In this document: one piece after another, positions 24,656 through 33,793 of the stretch
How the letters are laid out: each line of letters opens with the position of its first letter
Numbering within the stretch: the stretch's first letter is position 1
Virus record (IMG/VR): IMGVR_UViG_3300043568_000719
Coordinates: 1 to 56,962 of that record
Source: a virus
Lineage: Duplodnaviria; Caudoviricetes
Direction: 5' to 3' (one strand)
Length of the DNA: 56,962 nucleotides
Made by a program: the position numbers and the translations under genes
Notes under the pieces: generated by a model
What the model was told of the DNA's origin: nothing
The model's input: the letters and a program-made list of their open reading frames with translations, nothing else
The model's database searches: none

Positions 24656-25985
24656 GCGCGACTCCCGAAACATAATTCCTCAGCGTTTCAATTGCTTTAG
24701 GCATATTAACTGTGGAATTGTCACTGAGTACTTTGAAATTGTGATCAAGAATATCTTTCATTGAAATAAACCATTGAATCTTTTTTTCATTTGACATAGC
24801 TCTGATATCTTTGAGTATTTGAATAATTGCATCTAATCTATCCCACGACTCTAACTCGTCGTATGATTCATCTATAAATCCATGAAACGTTTTATATCCC
24901 AACTCTCTGAGATATCGTAGACTGTGTTTGTTACCGTACATTATAAACGGATGCCTTGTGGCAATAGGTTTAAAAGTTTTTTCACTGATAAAGCAGGTAT
25001 TCTCAGCAAACGATGCTTCACTGACAACACTTACCCATGTGTCTAATGTGGCTTGATGGTTCAAGTCGTGTTCAAATAAATTACCCAGTGGTCCTTCAAA
25101 CCCATTTTTTTCTGTTTCTTTAAGATTACTTCTAGGATACATAGGCAACATATGCTTATAAGAATTGTACACATCCTGATCTAACATCCGTCCATCATAA
25201 AATCCTTTGTGGAATGTAAAAGCATTCATGCTGTTGATCCCATCATCAAGTAATCCATTTTTATACAGACTATCAAATAGCCAGATACGATGGGGTCTGG
25301 ATCTTTTTTGAAATGCGTTATACAACTTGATATCATTGATATTTTTTGTTTTATAGGCAATTTGTTTTTCCGACGAAGGCAACAGATACCGCTGATTGCT
25401 TGCACATTCATGAATGTATTTTTCAAAATGAATATAGGGAATTACGCACATCTTATCATTGATTTGTCGATTCAAACACCATTCGTCGTATTGTTGAGCC
25501 ACCGCAAGATTCCCTGTGACATATATAACCCTGCTGGCGCTTATTTCATACTGAGCACATCCAGCATGAAACCAATCAAATAGCCAATCTGTATGATATC
25601 CCTCGTGCGATTGATCAAGCAATAAGTAACAGTGTTTCTTACGCAGAGCCGATAGTTGTTTCGTGTCTAAAAATGCAAACACAGACTTGCGGTGTGATAT
25701 GTTTGAATCATAATCGTTGTTAAGATCGGCCGACCCGCACCAATCCCAGGGAGCATGTGCTACTCCAGTTGGTATTATATAATTCGCATATGATTTTCTA
25801 TTACTCCATTGATCAAATGTCACTGTGTCTGCATCTAATTGATCGGCATACAGGCGTTGAGTTTTGATTCGAGACAGCACTGTGGCCAATGGACTGGGTG
25901 GGAATTTACGGATGTTGGAAGTATTTCTTTCCTCACATGCAGTGATATTCAGTAATTCATCGACGTTTTCAAAAATAAAATTCAT
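24648..25985 (-). CDS. Putative glycosyltransferase (GT10/fucosyltransferase-like C-terminal motif)
   Basis: RPHR, VSVVSEASF...FISEKTFKPI...PFIMYG...GYKTFHGFIDESYD. Confidence 0.55.
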   Translation of the reverse strand: MNFIFENVDELLNITACEERNTSNIRKFPPSPLATVLSRIKTQRLYADQLDADTVTFDQWSNRKSYANYIIPTGVAHAPWDWCGSADLNNDYDSNISHRKSVFAFLDTKQLSALRKKHCYLLLDQSHEGYHTDWLFDWFHAGCAQYEISASRVIYVTGNLAVAQQYDEWCLNRQINDKMCVIPYIHFEKYIHECASNQRYLLPSSEKQIAYKTKNINDIKLYNAFQKRSRPHRIWLFDSLYKNGLLDDGINSMNAFTFHKGFYDGRMLDQDVYNSYKHMLPMYPRSNLKETEKNGFEGPLGNLFEHDLNHQATLDTWVSVVSEASFAENTCFISEKTFKPIATRHPFIMYGNKHSLRYLRELGYKTFHGFIDESYDELESWDRLDAIIQILKDIRAMSNEKKIQWFISMKDILDHNFKVLSDNSTVNMPKAIETLRNYVSGVAHA

Positions 25986-26770
25986 GTCCTATTCCATTGT
26001 TCTACATTAGTTCCATTGGCAACACTGCGACGAGCAATTAGTTTTTGTATTTCAACGTCATCTTTCTGTTGATCTGTAGGTGCAAATAAAGCTCTACTTC
26101 TAGGGTCAACATTAATTGGAGGATCTGTCAAATAATACATAGCGATACTGTTTCTTGTGATGCCAGTTGGAGATTTCACGGCAGAAGTTAATCCGTGCCA
26201 TGTACTTTGTGTAGTATCAAATATCACTGCTCTGTTAAACATAGGCGACACTGTTTGAAATATAGTAGTAGGACCACTGCTATCCGAATTCCAGATTCCG
26301 AAATCTCCGCCCCATTCTGTTTGCCATTGAGGAGTAAGATATATTATTAAATTATATTTACGCTGGAGATGAAGCTTGGGATGAATGCTGTAATCCAGAT
26401 GAGGATTTAATTTTCCTCCTTGCGGATAACAGTGAAGACCACCGCCATGTAGCCCCGGATCTGTATATAAATTCGCAGTCCCAGTTAACCCAATGAGCAT
26501 ATCTGTAAATTGTTTGGAGTTCAAACAATATAACAATTGATATATGCTTTGGGGAAATCTATCCCAGATGTTGCATGTACGTTTAAGTTCAATCTGGTTA
26601 TTGTATGTACCGTTATACATTCCGGACTCGTAGGCAGGAAAATCTTCTGCAATTTTAGCTGCAACAGATTCCTGTAAAAAATTATCAATAACACAATGCG
26701 AATACGCACTGTGATTGAAACTGCCAAAGGCAGTTTCTACGTTTTCTAAATTAATTAAATCACTAACCAT
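25982..26770 (-). CDS. 2OG-Fe(II) oxygenase
   Basis: HLD...WHG...RNS facial triad and 2OG-binding Arg; DPGLHGGGLH; FNRAVIF. Confidence 0.88.
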   Translation of the reverse strand: MVSDLINLENVETAFGSFNHSAYSHCVIDNFLQESVAAKIAEDFPAYESGMYNGTYNNQIELKRTCNIWDRFPQSIYQLLYCLNSKQFTDMLIGLTGTANLYTDPGLHGGGLHCYPQGGKLNPHLDYSIHPKLHLQRKYNLIIYLTPQWQTEWGGDFGIWNSDSSGPTTIFQTVSPMFNRAVIFDTTQSTWHGLTSAVKSPTGITRNSIAMYYLTDPPINVDPRSRALFAPTDQQKDDVEIQKLIARRSVANGTNVEQWNRT

Positions 26771-27780
26771 CTGTCATTCTTTAAAGTCCAGTGTATAGAT
26801 TCTTCCAATCGTTGATACACTGGTTGTGGGACCCATCCCATATCTTTCATTTTACTGCCGTCAAGTGCATACCGTAAATCATGCCCCGGACGCTGACTAT
26901 GAAAATCTAACATTTCGTAATTCAAAGATTTACCTTGAACATCAGCAATATATTGTGCAAGTTCTAAATTGTCAATCTCTGTCGATCCTACGATATTAAA
27001 CTTTTGACATTTTGCACCTCCAGGATCTGCTGGTAGTTTAGATAGATCTTGTTTGTATAGAAATAATAATGCATCTGCTACATCCCTGGCATGTATATAA
27101 TGTCGCGACCCTGCTTTGGTTTTTTCCGGGTTCGAATGGATGGAAATTTTTTGATTATCTCTTACACGTTTTATACAAAGCGGAATATATTTTTCTGGGT
27201 GTTGCCTTTCTCCGAACACATTCATAGTGTGTGTAATTATTGCAGGTAATTTATATGTGTTTTCATATGCCACAACAAATTCTTCTGCGGCGGCCTTGCT
27301 GGCGCTGTATGGATTAGTTGAGTTGTATCGGTCATTTTCTTTATAATTAATTCCGTGGGGTGCAGGGCCAAAGACTTCGTCTGTGGAAAAATAAACGAAC
27401 AAATCTAAACTATCTAAGTTGCGAGCGTAATCCATTAAATTTACAGTTCCAACTACGTTGTCCTGCACAAATTCCATAGGGTATGTAATTGAACGATCAA
27501 CATGACTGCCGGCTGCAAGGTGTGCGATGATATCTACTTTGCCTATCATTGATCTAATTTGTGGATTCAATTCTGCTTTTAAATCATGATGCACCACACG
27601 CACTCTCTTGCGTACTGCTTCAGGATAACTAGAGACTACTTCATGCAATCTATTCAAATTACCACTGTAATCCAATCTATCTAAAGTTACAATTCTCCAA
27701 TCAGTTTCAGATAAAAGTTTATCAATTAGATGATGAGCAATAAACCCTGCTCCGCCGGTGATTAATATTGTTTTGCTCAT
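26755..27780 (-). CDS. rfbB: dTDP-glucose 4,6-dehydratase-like NDP-sugar dehydratase
   Basis: ITGGAGFIA, HLAAGSHVDRSI, STDEVFG, YSASK, QHPEK, RPGHDLRY. Confidence 0.92.
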   Translation of the reverse strand: MSKTILITGGAGFIAHHLIDKLLSETDWRIVTLDRLDYSGNLNRLHEVVSSYPEAVRKRVRVVHHDLKAELNPQIRSMIGKVDIIAHLAAGSHVDRSITYPMEFVQDNVVGTVNLMDYARNLDSLDLFVYFSTDEVFGPAPHGINYKENDRYNSTNPYSASKAAAEEFVVAYENTYKLPAIITHTMNVFGERQHPEKYIPLCIKRVRDNQKISIHSNPEKTKAGSRHYIHARDVADALLFLYKQDLSKLPADPGGAKCQKFNIVGSTEIDNLELAQYIADVQGKSLNYEMLDFHSQRPGHDLRYALDGSKMKDMGWVPQPVYQRLEESIHWTLKNDRWLVI

Positions 27781-29150
27781 TATACTGTCTCCTTGCAGTC
27801 TTTATAGAAATTAGCCAATTCTGGAAATGTATTTACAAAATTGGTGCCACGACGTTTGTCATATTCTGTAAACCAATTAAAGAAGTCTCTACGCCCCTCT
27901 TTTACTTTATCTGGGGTATAGATAGCTGATTCCATGTATTTTACCACTCTTTCAAATTTAGCATACTCTAAGTCGTTGAATTTACTACGGTTTTTATCGT
28001 CTAAATTGGCTAGAATGAAGTCTAGGTGTCGGATCATGTAAGGCATAAACTGGTCTTTAGGCAGAATATTCATGTCGTACTGTAAAGGTTCTTTTAAGTA
28101 GGGCGTATCAAAGCGTATACGCTGCCATTTATTTTGATCAACACCATTATATTTCTCACGCCATTCTAAAATCTTTTCTAATAGACTTTGGAAGTTGGTT
28201 ACTGTTAGAATATTAAAAGTACACATAAATGTAATCGGTAACTGTGTTTGAGTTAGGTACGTATCTAAGTTACGTTCCCATACAGTTAAATCCAATCCTG
28301 TACGAATATATTCAGCAGGTGTGCCCCAAGTGTCCATACTGGTAAAAATTTTAAAATCTTTAATACAGCCTTTGGCAATTAGACTGTTTACCTTTTCTAC
28401 AAGTCGATCTATAAGGATAGGTTTAACTCCAAAATTAGTATTGATGTTTAATTCAAGATCAGGTAAAGGATTAACCAATAGATCATCTAACAATTTCCAT
28501 GTGCTAGATTGTAATAATGGTTCACCCCCTGTTATACGCAAGATAGTTAATGTCTTACGAACTTCAGGCCACCAACGCCACCATGCTTCTACATACGGAT
28601 TGGTTTCTTCTTCGTAAATTTGAAACCAGTCAATGTCGTTGCGATGATTCTTAACCATGTCGTACGGGCCATAATCTTTGATCTCTTTGTAGTAAGCACT
28701 GCTGTGTTTAGGATGGCAGTATCCGCATTTAAAATTGCATTCATTACCGAAACTAACTTCGATATATTGCGGATTTATATTTTGATCCCAATCGCCATCT
28801 TTGATCTGTTGGAATCTTTTATCTGTGTAGATAGTCGAGTTGCGTTCTTTGCGATCACTGACATAGTCGTTTCCCATGTCTTCGATATTCCAGCAATAAT
28901 TACAACCGCTGGGCTTTCCACCGTTGAGCATTTCTAGTCGTTCGTGTTTCTTTTGGTTTGTGTTATGTAATGCACTTGCATCTATAACAATCTCATCTAA
29001 AGGAATTTTATGAGGAGCGGGATGATAACAGCTGTGTGTTTCACCCGACTGAAGATATATCGTAGTGTGGTGCCACTTGGCCATGCAAAAAGTTGGCGAT
29101 ATCTCATTCATTATAGGAATAAATTTTTTAATTCTTGCTATATCGTCCAT
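27780..29150 (-). CDS. Radical SAM protein with an N-terminal Cys-containing (twitch/SPASM-like) domain
   Basis: CNFKCGYC (CX3CX2C), TGGEPLL, NTN; N-terminal FCMAKW...SCYH...CNYCW; start reassigned to ATG 29150. Confidence 0.88.
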   Translation of the reverse strand: MDDIARIKKFIPIMNEISPTFCMAKWHHTTIYLQSGETHSCYHPAPHKIPLDEIVIDASALHNTNQKKHERLEMLNGGKPSGCNYCWNIEDMGNDYVSDRKERNSTIYTDKRFQQIKDGDWDQNINPQYIEVSFGNECNFKCGYCHPKHSSAYYKEIKDYGPYDMVKNHRNDIDWFQIYEEETNPYVEAWWRWWPEVRKTLTILRITGGEPLLQSSTWKLLDDLLVNPLPDLELNINTNFGVKPILIDRLVEKVNSLIAKGCIKDFKIFTSMDTWGTPAEYIRTGLDLTVWERNLDTYLTQTQLPITFMCTFNILTVTNFQSLLEKILEWREKYNGVDQNKWQRIRFDTPYLKEPLQYDMNILPKDQFMPYMIRHLDFILANLDDKNRSKFNDLEYAKFERVVKYMESAIYTPDKVKEGRRDFFNWFTEYDKRRGTNFVNTFPELANFYKDCKETV

Positions 29151-30180
29151 CGAACTGTTCCTTGAGCCACACAAAATCGTTTATCATTTTTAGAGCTTGT
29201 AAATTTGTTTTGTTTTTTATGCCATAGTCTCGACCGCATGTAGATCCGTCAATAGCATATTGATCTTTAGATTCTTCACACCATACTCGTAATCGTTCCT
29301 GTGTTTCTGCATCTTGTTGACGAGCAATTACACGACTGGCTAATTTGGCGCATTCTCTAAATGCTGATTTCCAAGTGTTAAATGGATCAGTATTGAACCC
29401 ATTTATGTTTGAAACTTCTGGCATAGGTTTAAACCATCTGCTGATACTTGTGGTCATATCTGGTTTTGAAAGATCCATATCTATGGTCAGCTGCCTCGGC
29501 AAGAGTTTTACGCCACCGTTGCCGTATTCTAAACCATTTACTGGATTACGGCTTTTCCATACATGCACTGTAGATTTAGCGTTAAAATCATAGTAAGGAA
29601 TATGATAATTAAAATCAAAGGTATCTAAAATAATAGCATCTGCGTCTACCACATAAAACATGTCCGTAGATACTGCTGTTGCTGCTGCTATATGGGCTTG
29701 ATGTATGCCCTGCACATTCTTAATCCAGTGGATTTTATTTCCGTCGAGCCTAGATATCAATGATTGATATCGTTCTTCAGCGAATGGTTCATAATAGGAA
29801 ATGAATGCCACATCGAGCTTTTTAGGTCTGCTGGCTATAACATCTATTTGTTTTTTATTAGTAAAAAATCTGTAATCCCATTCACGTTGTAGTATCTTCG
29901 CAGACTTCGGAAACAAACAGACTCCGTCGTAATATTGATTATTTAGAAACACATGAATGTAACTCTCATCCCATTTGGTCACGCAATAATCTAAATGAAA
30001 GTCAGAATCTAATTCTACGTAGTCCCAAACTACCCAGAAAAATTTTGTAAATGCTCGAGACCTTACTTCTTCAAATGTTTGAACATGTTCGAGTTTTTGT
30101 GCGTTAGGAAATCTCAGTCGAAACTGCTGCCATGCTTGGGTGTCTATTGAGCCTGTACCGACATAGAATATATCATACAT
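29128..30180 (-). CDS. Putative GT-A glycosyltransferase-like protein with an internal duplication
   Basis: GIHQAHIAAA, FYVVDAD (DxD), NGLEYGNGGVK, TWKSAFRE; paralog of the next gene. Confidence 0.6.
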   Translation of the reverse strand: MYDIFYVGTGSIDTQAWQQFRLRFPNAQKLEHVQTFEEVRSRAFTKFFWVVWDYVELDSDFHLDYCVTKWDESYIHVFLNNQYYDGVCLFPKSAKILQREWDYRFFTNKKQIDVIASRPKKLDVAFISYYEPFAEERYQSLISRLDGNKIHWIKNVQGIHQAHIAAATAVSTDMFYVVDADAIILDTFDFNYHIPYYDFNAKSTVHVWKSRNPVNGLEYGNGGVKLLPRQLTIDMDLSKPDMTTSISRWFKPMPEVSNINGFNTDPFNTWKSAFRECAKLASRVIARQQDAETQERLRVWCEESKDQYAIDGSTCGRDYGIKNKTNLQALKMINDFVWLKEQFDGRYSKN

Positions 30181-31084
30181 TGTCAACCGCCCTGTAATAC
30201 GTCAAACCTAAATTGATTGTTTCATCATATAGATCCAATGTATATTTGCTCTGTGCTGCATCAAGAAACGGCCAATCAAATCCCAACTGTTGTTTGATCT
30301 TTTCGCCAAGGTCTCGAATAGCTGTGTCGAGATCCCGTCCATTGTCTTGCTCATAAGGTCGTCCGTACTGCTCCCATATGCCTCTAAGAATTTCAAAATC
30401 TCGTACTTCCACATAATTCCAGTCTGTGCAATTAGCCAGCCATGTGCCTAATCTAGCACCATAGACTGCATACATACCGTTTTCTTCATGAGCGCCAACT
30501 GTGGACCACATACGCAGTCTATGTATGTTATGCCACCAAATCTGTTCTCGGATTTCTTGGGGTGGTACACGTACTCCGTCAAGCAGCGTCATCTTAACAC
30601 CTTCGCGGAATCCTGCTCTCCACGCCTGGAACGGTGATCCTGTAATAACACTTTCACTGTAAACTCTGGGAAAATTGCGATATCCATCCTCCCAACAAAA
30701 ATCTACTTGACCTCGATCGCTGTCGCTGTTCTCATGAGTTTTCATATTAAGGACAAAATCTTTCTTCCAGATTTTTAATCCGCCGTTGCCATAGCGTAAG
30801 CCATTGATGCTGTTTCGACCACACCATCCATATACCTGGATCTTAGGATCGTCCATGTTGAGATCTAAATTAAAAAATGAAGGATCAACAATGTTATCTG
30901 CATCTACTGTGATAAACCAATCTGTTTCTGATAATTCAGCCGCGGCTTTGTGAGCATGATCGCTGCCCTTTACTCCATGAACACGCTTGGCCCAAGGCAC
31001 CTTGGCGCAGAGATCAGCGTAGTGAAGATCTGCATTAGGTTCGTCGTAGCTTAAAAACACTACATCAAATTCTACTGTTTTCAT
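30173..31084 (-). CDS. Putative GT-A glycosyltransferase-like protein
   Basis: FLSYDEP, GSDHAHKAAA, FITVDAD (DxD), NGLRYGNGGLK, AWRAGFREG. Confidence 0.6.
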   Translation of the reverse strand: MKTVEFDVVFLSYDEPNADLHYADLCAKVPWAKRVHGVKGSDHAHKAAAELSETDWFITVDADNIVDPSFFNLDLNMDDPKIQVYGWCGRNSINGLRYGNGGLKIWKKDFVLNMKTHENSDSDRGQVDFCWEDGYRNFPRVYSESVITGSPFQAWRAGFREGVKMTLLDGVRVPPQEIREQIWWHNIHRLRMWSTVGAHEENGMYAVYGARLGTWLANCTDWNYVEVRDFEILRGIWEQYGRPYEQDNGRDLDTAIRDLGEKIKQQLGFDWPFLDAAQSKYTLDLYDETINLGLTYYRAVDNV

Positions 31085-31707
31085 TTATATTCTATCACGT
31101 AATTTTTAAACAATCGTCTTGTATATACACTGAACTGGTCAAAGTCAATATTTTTCACCGTCACAGTCTTACCGATAAGATCATTGATCGTGATAACATG
31201 ATTCTGATACAATATGTTAGGATCGTTATATGCGGTGATTAAAAAATTCATTTCAGTGCTGCCATCCCAGACAAAGTTTCTTCGTTGGCCTTCAGTCTTT
31301 GATTTTTTTGTTCCGCCGAATTCCTGTGACAATTGTATTTTTAATGTTTTAGTTCGTTTAGTGTATGTTAAGTATACATCCGGTTTTGTGACTGCGGAAT
31401 ATTCTGTTGAAATAATTCTATGCAGTACATCATCGAGCTTGATTAAAGTTTTCAATTCTGCAATTTCTAAATTTCCTGAGCTGATGTCTATCATGCAGTT
31501 TTCTATCTGTATCTCCGCATTGATTATAGATTCAGCTAAATGACTATCTACAACGACTTTATTGACTTCGTTGGGAAAAGCATAATCGGGACCAATGCTA
31601 ATGACCTTGCCAGTAGTGGGGTCAAACACTGCGGCGTAAACCGTAGGTGCGGGCTTATACTCCGCTATCCATTTTTCAAAATCTTCTATGGTTTCTATAG
31701 TTTCCAT
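31081..31707 (-). CDS. Hypothetical protein
   Basis: Coupled ORF, 208 aa. Confidence 0.78.
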   Translation of the reverse strand: METIETIEDFEKWIAEYKPAPTVYAAVFDPTTGKVISIGPDYAFPNEVNKVVVDSHLAESIINAEIQIENCMIDISSGNLEIAELKTLIKLDDVLHRIISTEYSAVTKPDVYLTYTKRTKTLKIQLSQEFGGTKKSKTEGQRRNFVWDGSTEMNFLITAYNDPNILYQNHVITINDLIGKTVTVKNIDFDQFSVYTRRLFKNYVIEYK

Positions 31708-32534
31708 GCTATTTCCTCTAAGATGTTAATTACTTCATCGGTGATTTTATCTTTTTCTACATAATGTACAATGTCATGCTGTTGGTAATTGCCAATTTTT
31801 AATTGTGCTTTTTTGTCAAGATAAAATCCCACGTGGTTACTCCAGGTGTCTGCAGGCCAAGGCCAATTCTGTATCATAGGCTTCATGTGAACAATCCTAG
31901 GAAACTCTAATGGATATGCTATTTGATCTGATATGTCTAGGATTTTTGCTGCTAGAGCAAACGCTTCGTCTGTGCCTACTATCTTGGGTTTATATTCTGA
32001 CAAAAACACATTGGCAAACTCCACAGGATTTTTAATAATGTGTCTGCCCAGGTCAAAAAAGTCTCGAGCCATTTGAGAATCTTTAGCGAAAAATGTCCAC
32101 ATAGAGTATACATCAGGCAGATGATTTTTATCAAAGCATTTGCGGTAAGTTCTATCAGTGACTATCTGTGCTCTATATGTATGAACCTTGTTGGCAATAT
32201 ACAGCTGGGAGTTTTCAACATGATAATCAATCCAATGACTATAGTCCCGCATAAACAGCATGTCAGCATCCAAACATACAGTATGGTCAAACGGTGTCAG
32301 CTGATCCATCCAGCTACGTCCGTCCCAAAATGTTTCTTGATTCCATTCTATAACATGATCAAACACCCACGGGCTTTTAAGTTTTTGTAATTTCGATTGA
32401 TCATCTATGACCAATGCTACTTTGTCGTAGCCTGGCTTTTGAGTGTTCTTGATACTGAGCGCAAGGGCGTAGGCCATACTGAGATAATCAACTGTGTCAT
32501 GTTCTGCAACTATCAGAAGATATCCAAAATTCAT
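31695..32534 (-). CDS. Putative GT-A (GT8-like) glycosyltransferase
   Basis: LTPFDHTVCLDADMLF, GTDEAFA, VHMKP; start reassigned to ATG 32534 (ATGA overlap). Confidence 0.65.
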   Translation of the reverse strand: MNFGYLLIVAEHDTVDYLSMAYALALSIKNTQKPGYDKVALVIDDQSKLQKLKSPWVFDHVIEWNQETFWDGRSWMDQLTPFDHTVCLDADMLFMRDYSHWIDYHVENSQLYIANKVHTYRAQIVTDRTYRKCFDKNHLPDVYSMWTFFAKDSQMARDFFDLGRHIIKNPVEFANVFLSEYKPKIVGTDEAFALAAKILDISDQIAYPLEFPRIVHMKPMIQNWPWPADTWSNHVGFYLDKKAQLKIGNYQQHDIVHYVEKDKITDEVINILEEIAWKL

Positions 32535-33391
32535 ATCATCTCCAATAACTGCTGTTTGTGTCTCACAATACTTTGTTTGTTCATGATATGAATATCTAAT
32601 CCGCGAACAGCAGCAGCACAATATGTATTGTCTAATTTGTAGTCAACTAAAAATTTCAATGTAGGTCCATCAACTTCGTATAGTATGTCTTTGTCTAACG
32701 CTGATAATACCGCTGGCAGACGGCCTAATACAGTTTCTTCAAACCCGTCTAACAGATGTTTGGCAACACTGAAGGCAATGTCGTTTCTAAACTGTCTGTG
32801 ATCAAATCTAAAAACATCAGCATAGTACAGATAATTTTGTTTGACATATTCCACTGTGTCAAAAAACAGTTTAGACGCAGAATTTTTAGTAAACATCACT
32901 GTGGTGGCCCAATATAGTTTTACTCCGGTTTCGGAAATGTTGACATCGAGATATCCTAATCTGTGTTGACTGTAAATGTCGTTGATAGATTCTCCTATCA
33001 TTATGTCTTGATCAATATCCCAATAGCTGTTGAGGTTATCGGACAGTATGAAATAATCACTGTCGATCAACAGTGTTCGATCATATGGGGTTAATTCCCA
33101 AGCCGAATGTCTGTTGGTATTCGTGAACGGAACCATCTGTCCATCGATACCATCTCTGAGAAATCGTTGATTTCCGGTCTGTGGTTTTTCAGTTAATATA
33201 ATCTTGTCAAATACAGTATTGGCCAAATCAAAGACCAAGCTCTGTTTCATCCAATCAATAGTAGTAGCATCAGTGACCAAACTCACTGGCACATCAAGAT
33301 GTTTTTTGGCTAAGCCTCCGCTGATTATGCTGAGCAAGGCATAATCCACCGTGCGGTTATTATACGCATAGATCAAGATGCCTTTGGTCAT
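32531..33391 (-). CDS. Putative GT-A (GT8-like) glycosyltransferase, paralog of 31695..32534
   Basis: LTPYDRTLLIDSDYFI, RNDIAFS, IHIMNK. Confidence 0.65.
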   Translation of the reverse strand: MTKGILIYAYNNRTVDYALLSIISGGLAKKHLDVPVSLVTDATTIDWMKQSLVFDLANTVFDKIILTEKPQTGNQRFLRDGIDGQMVPFTNTNRHSAWELTPYDRTLLIDSDYFILSDNLNSYWDIDQDIMIGESINDIYSQHRLGYLDVNISETGVKLYWATTVMFTKNSASKLFFDTVEYVKQNYLYYADVFRFDHRQFRNDIAFSVAKHLLDGFEETVLGRLPAVLSALDKDILYEVDGPTLKFLVDYKLDNTYCAAAVRGLDIHIMNKQSIVRHKQQLLEMI

Positions 33392-33738
33392 GACTGTATT
33401 AATTTTTCCACAGATCTGCTTTTTTTGATCTGCTGATATTGAGCAAAATATTCATTAGTGACTTCGAAATATCTGCTGAATATTTCATCACAGAATGTCT
33501 GTACATCACTGATCAACACGGGATTTTGGTTAACGTCAAGCAGTACTATGTCTGTGAGTCTGCCTTTGGCGCACAGCATCTCTACAAAAGTCAGCAGGTC
33601 CCTGTCAATGCGGAATATGCCACCACTGTGGCCATAGTTGAGTTTGGCTTCAGATCTTTCTTTGAGGACTTTTTTCTGGATAGAAAAAGTCTGTTGATAA
33701 TTGGCAAAATCCAAAGCTGCTTTCAGCTGCTGTTGCAT
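33388..33738 (-). CDS. Hypothetical protein
   Basis: AGGAG SD; 116 aa. Confidence 0.8.
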   Translation of the reverse strand: MQQQLKAALDFANYQQTFSIQKKVLKERSEAKLNYGHSGGIFRIDRDLLTFVEMLCAKGRLTDIVLLDVNQNPVLISDVQTFCDEIFSRYFEVTNEYFAQYQQIKKSRSVEKLIQS

Positions 33739-33751
33739 ACATTCTCCTAAT

Positions 33752-33774
33752 ATAAACTGCGTAGTTTATTTATA
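33752..33774 (-). promoter_or_regulatory. T4-type late promoter TATAAATA overlapping a 7-bp hairpin
   Basis: The + strand TATTTATA at 33767-33774; ATAAACT (33752-33758) pairs with AGTTTAT (33763-33769). Confidence 0.68.
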
Positions 33775-33793
33775 GGAGTAGGTATGTGTTGAA

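Noticed and set aside
32535-32621. MCCCC N-terminus of ORF 31695..32621
   Set aside because: Artefact of longest-ORF calling inside the upstream gene; the coupled ATG at 32534 is the likely start.
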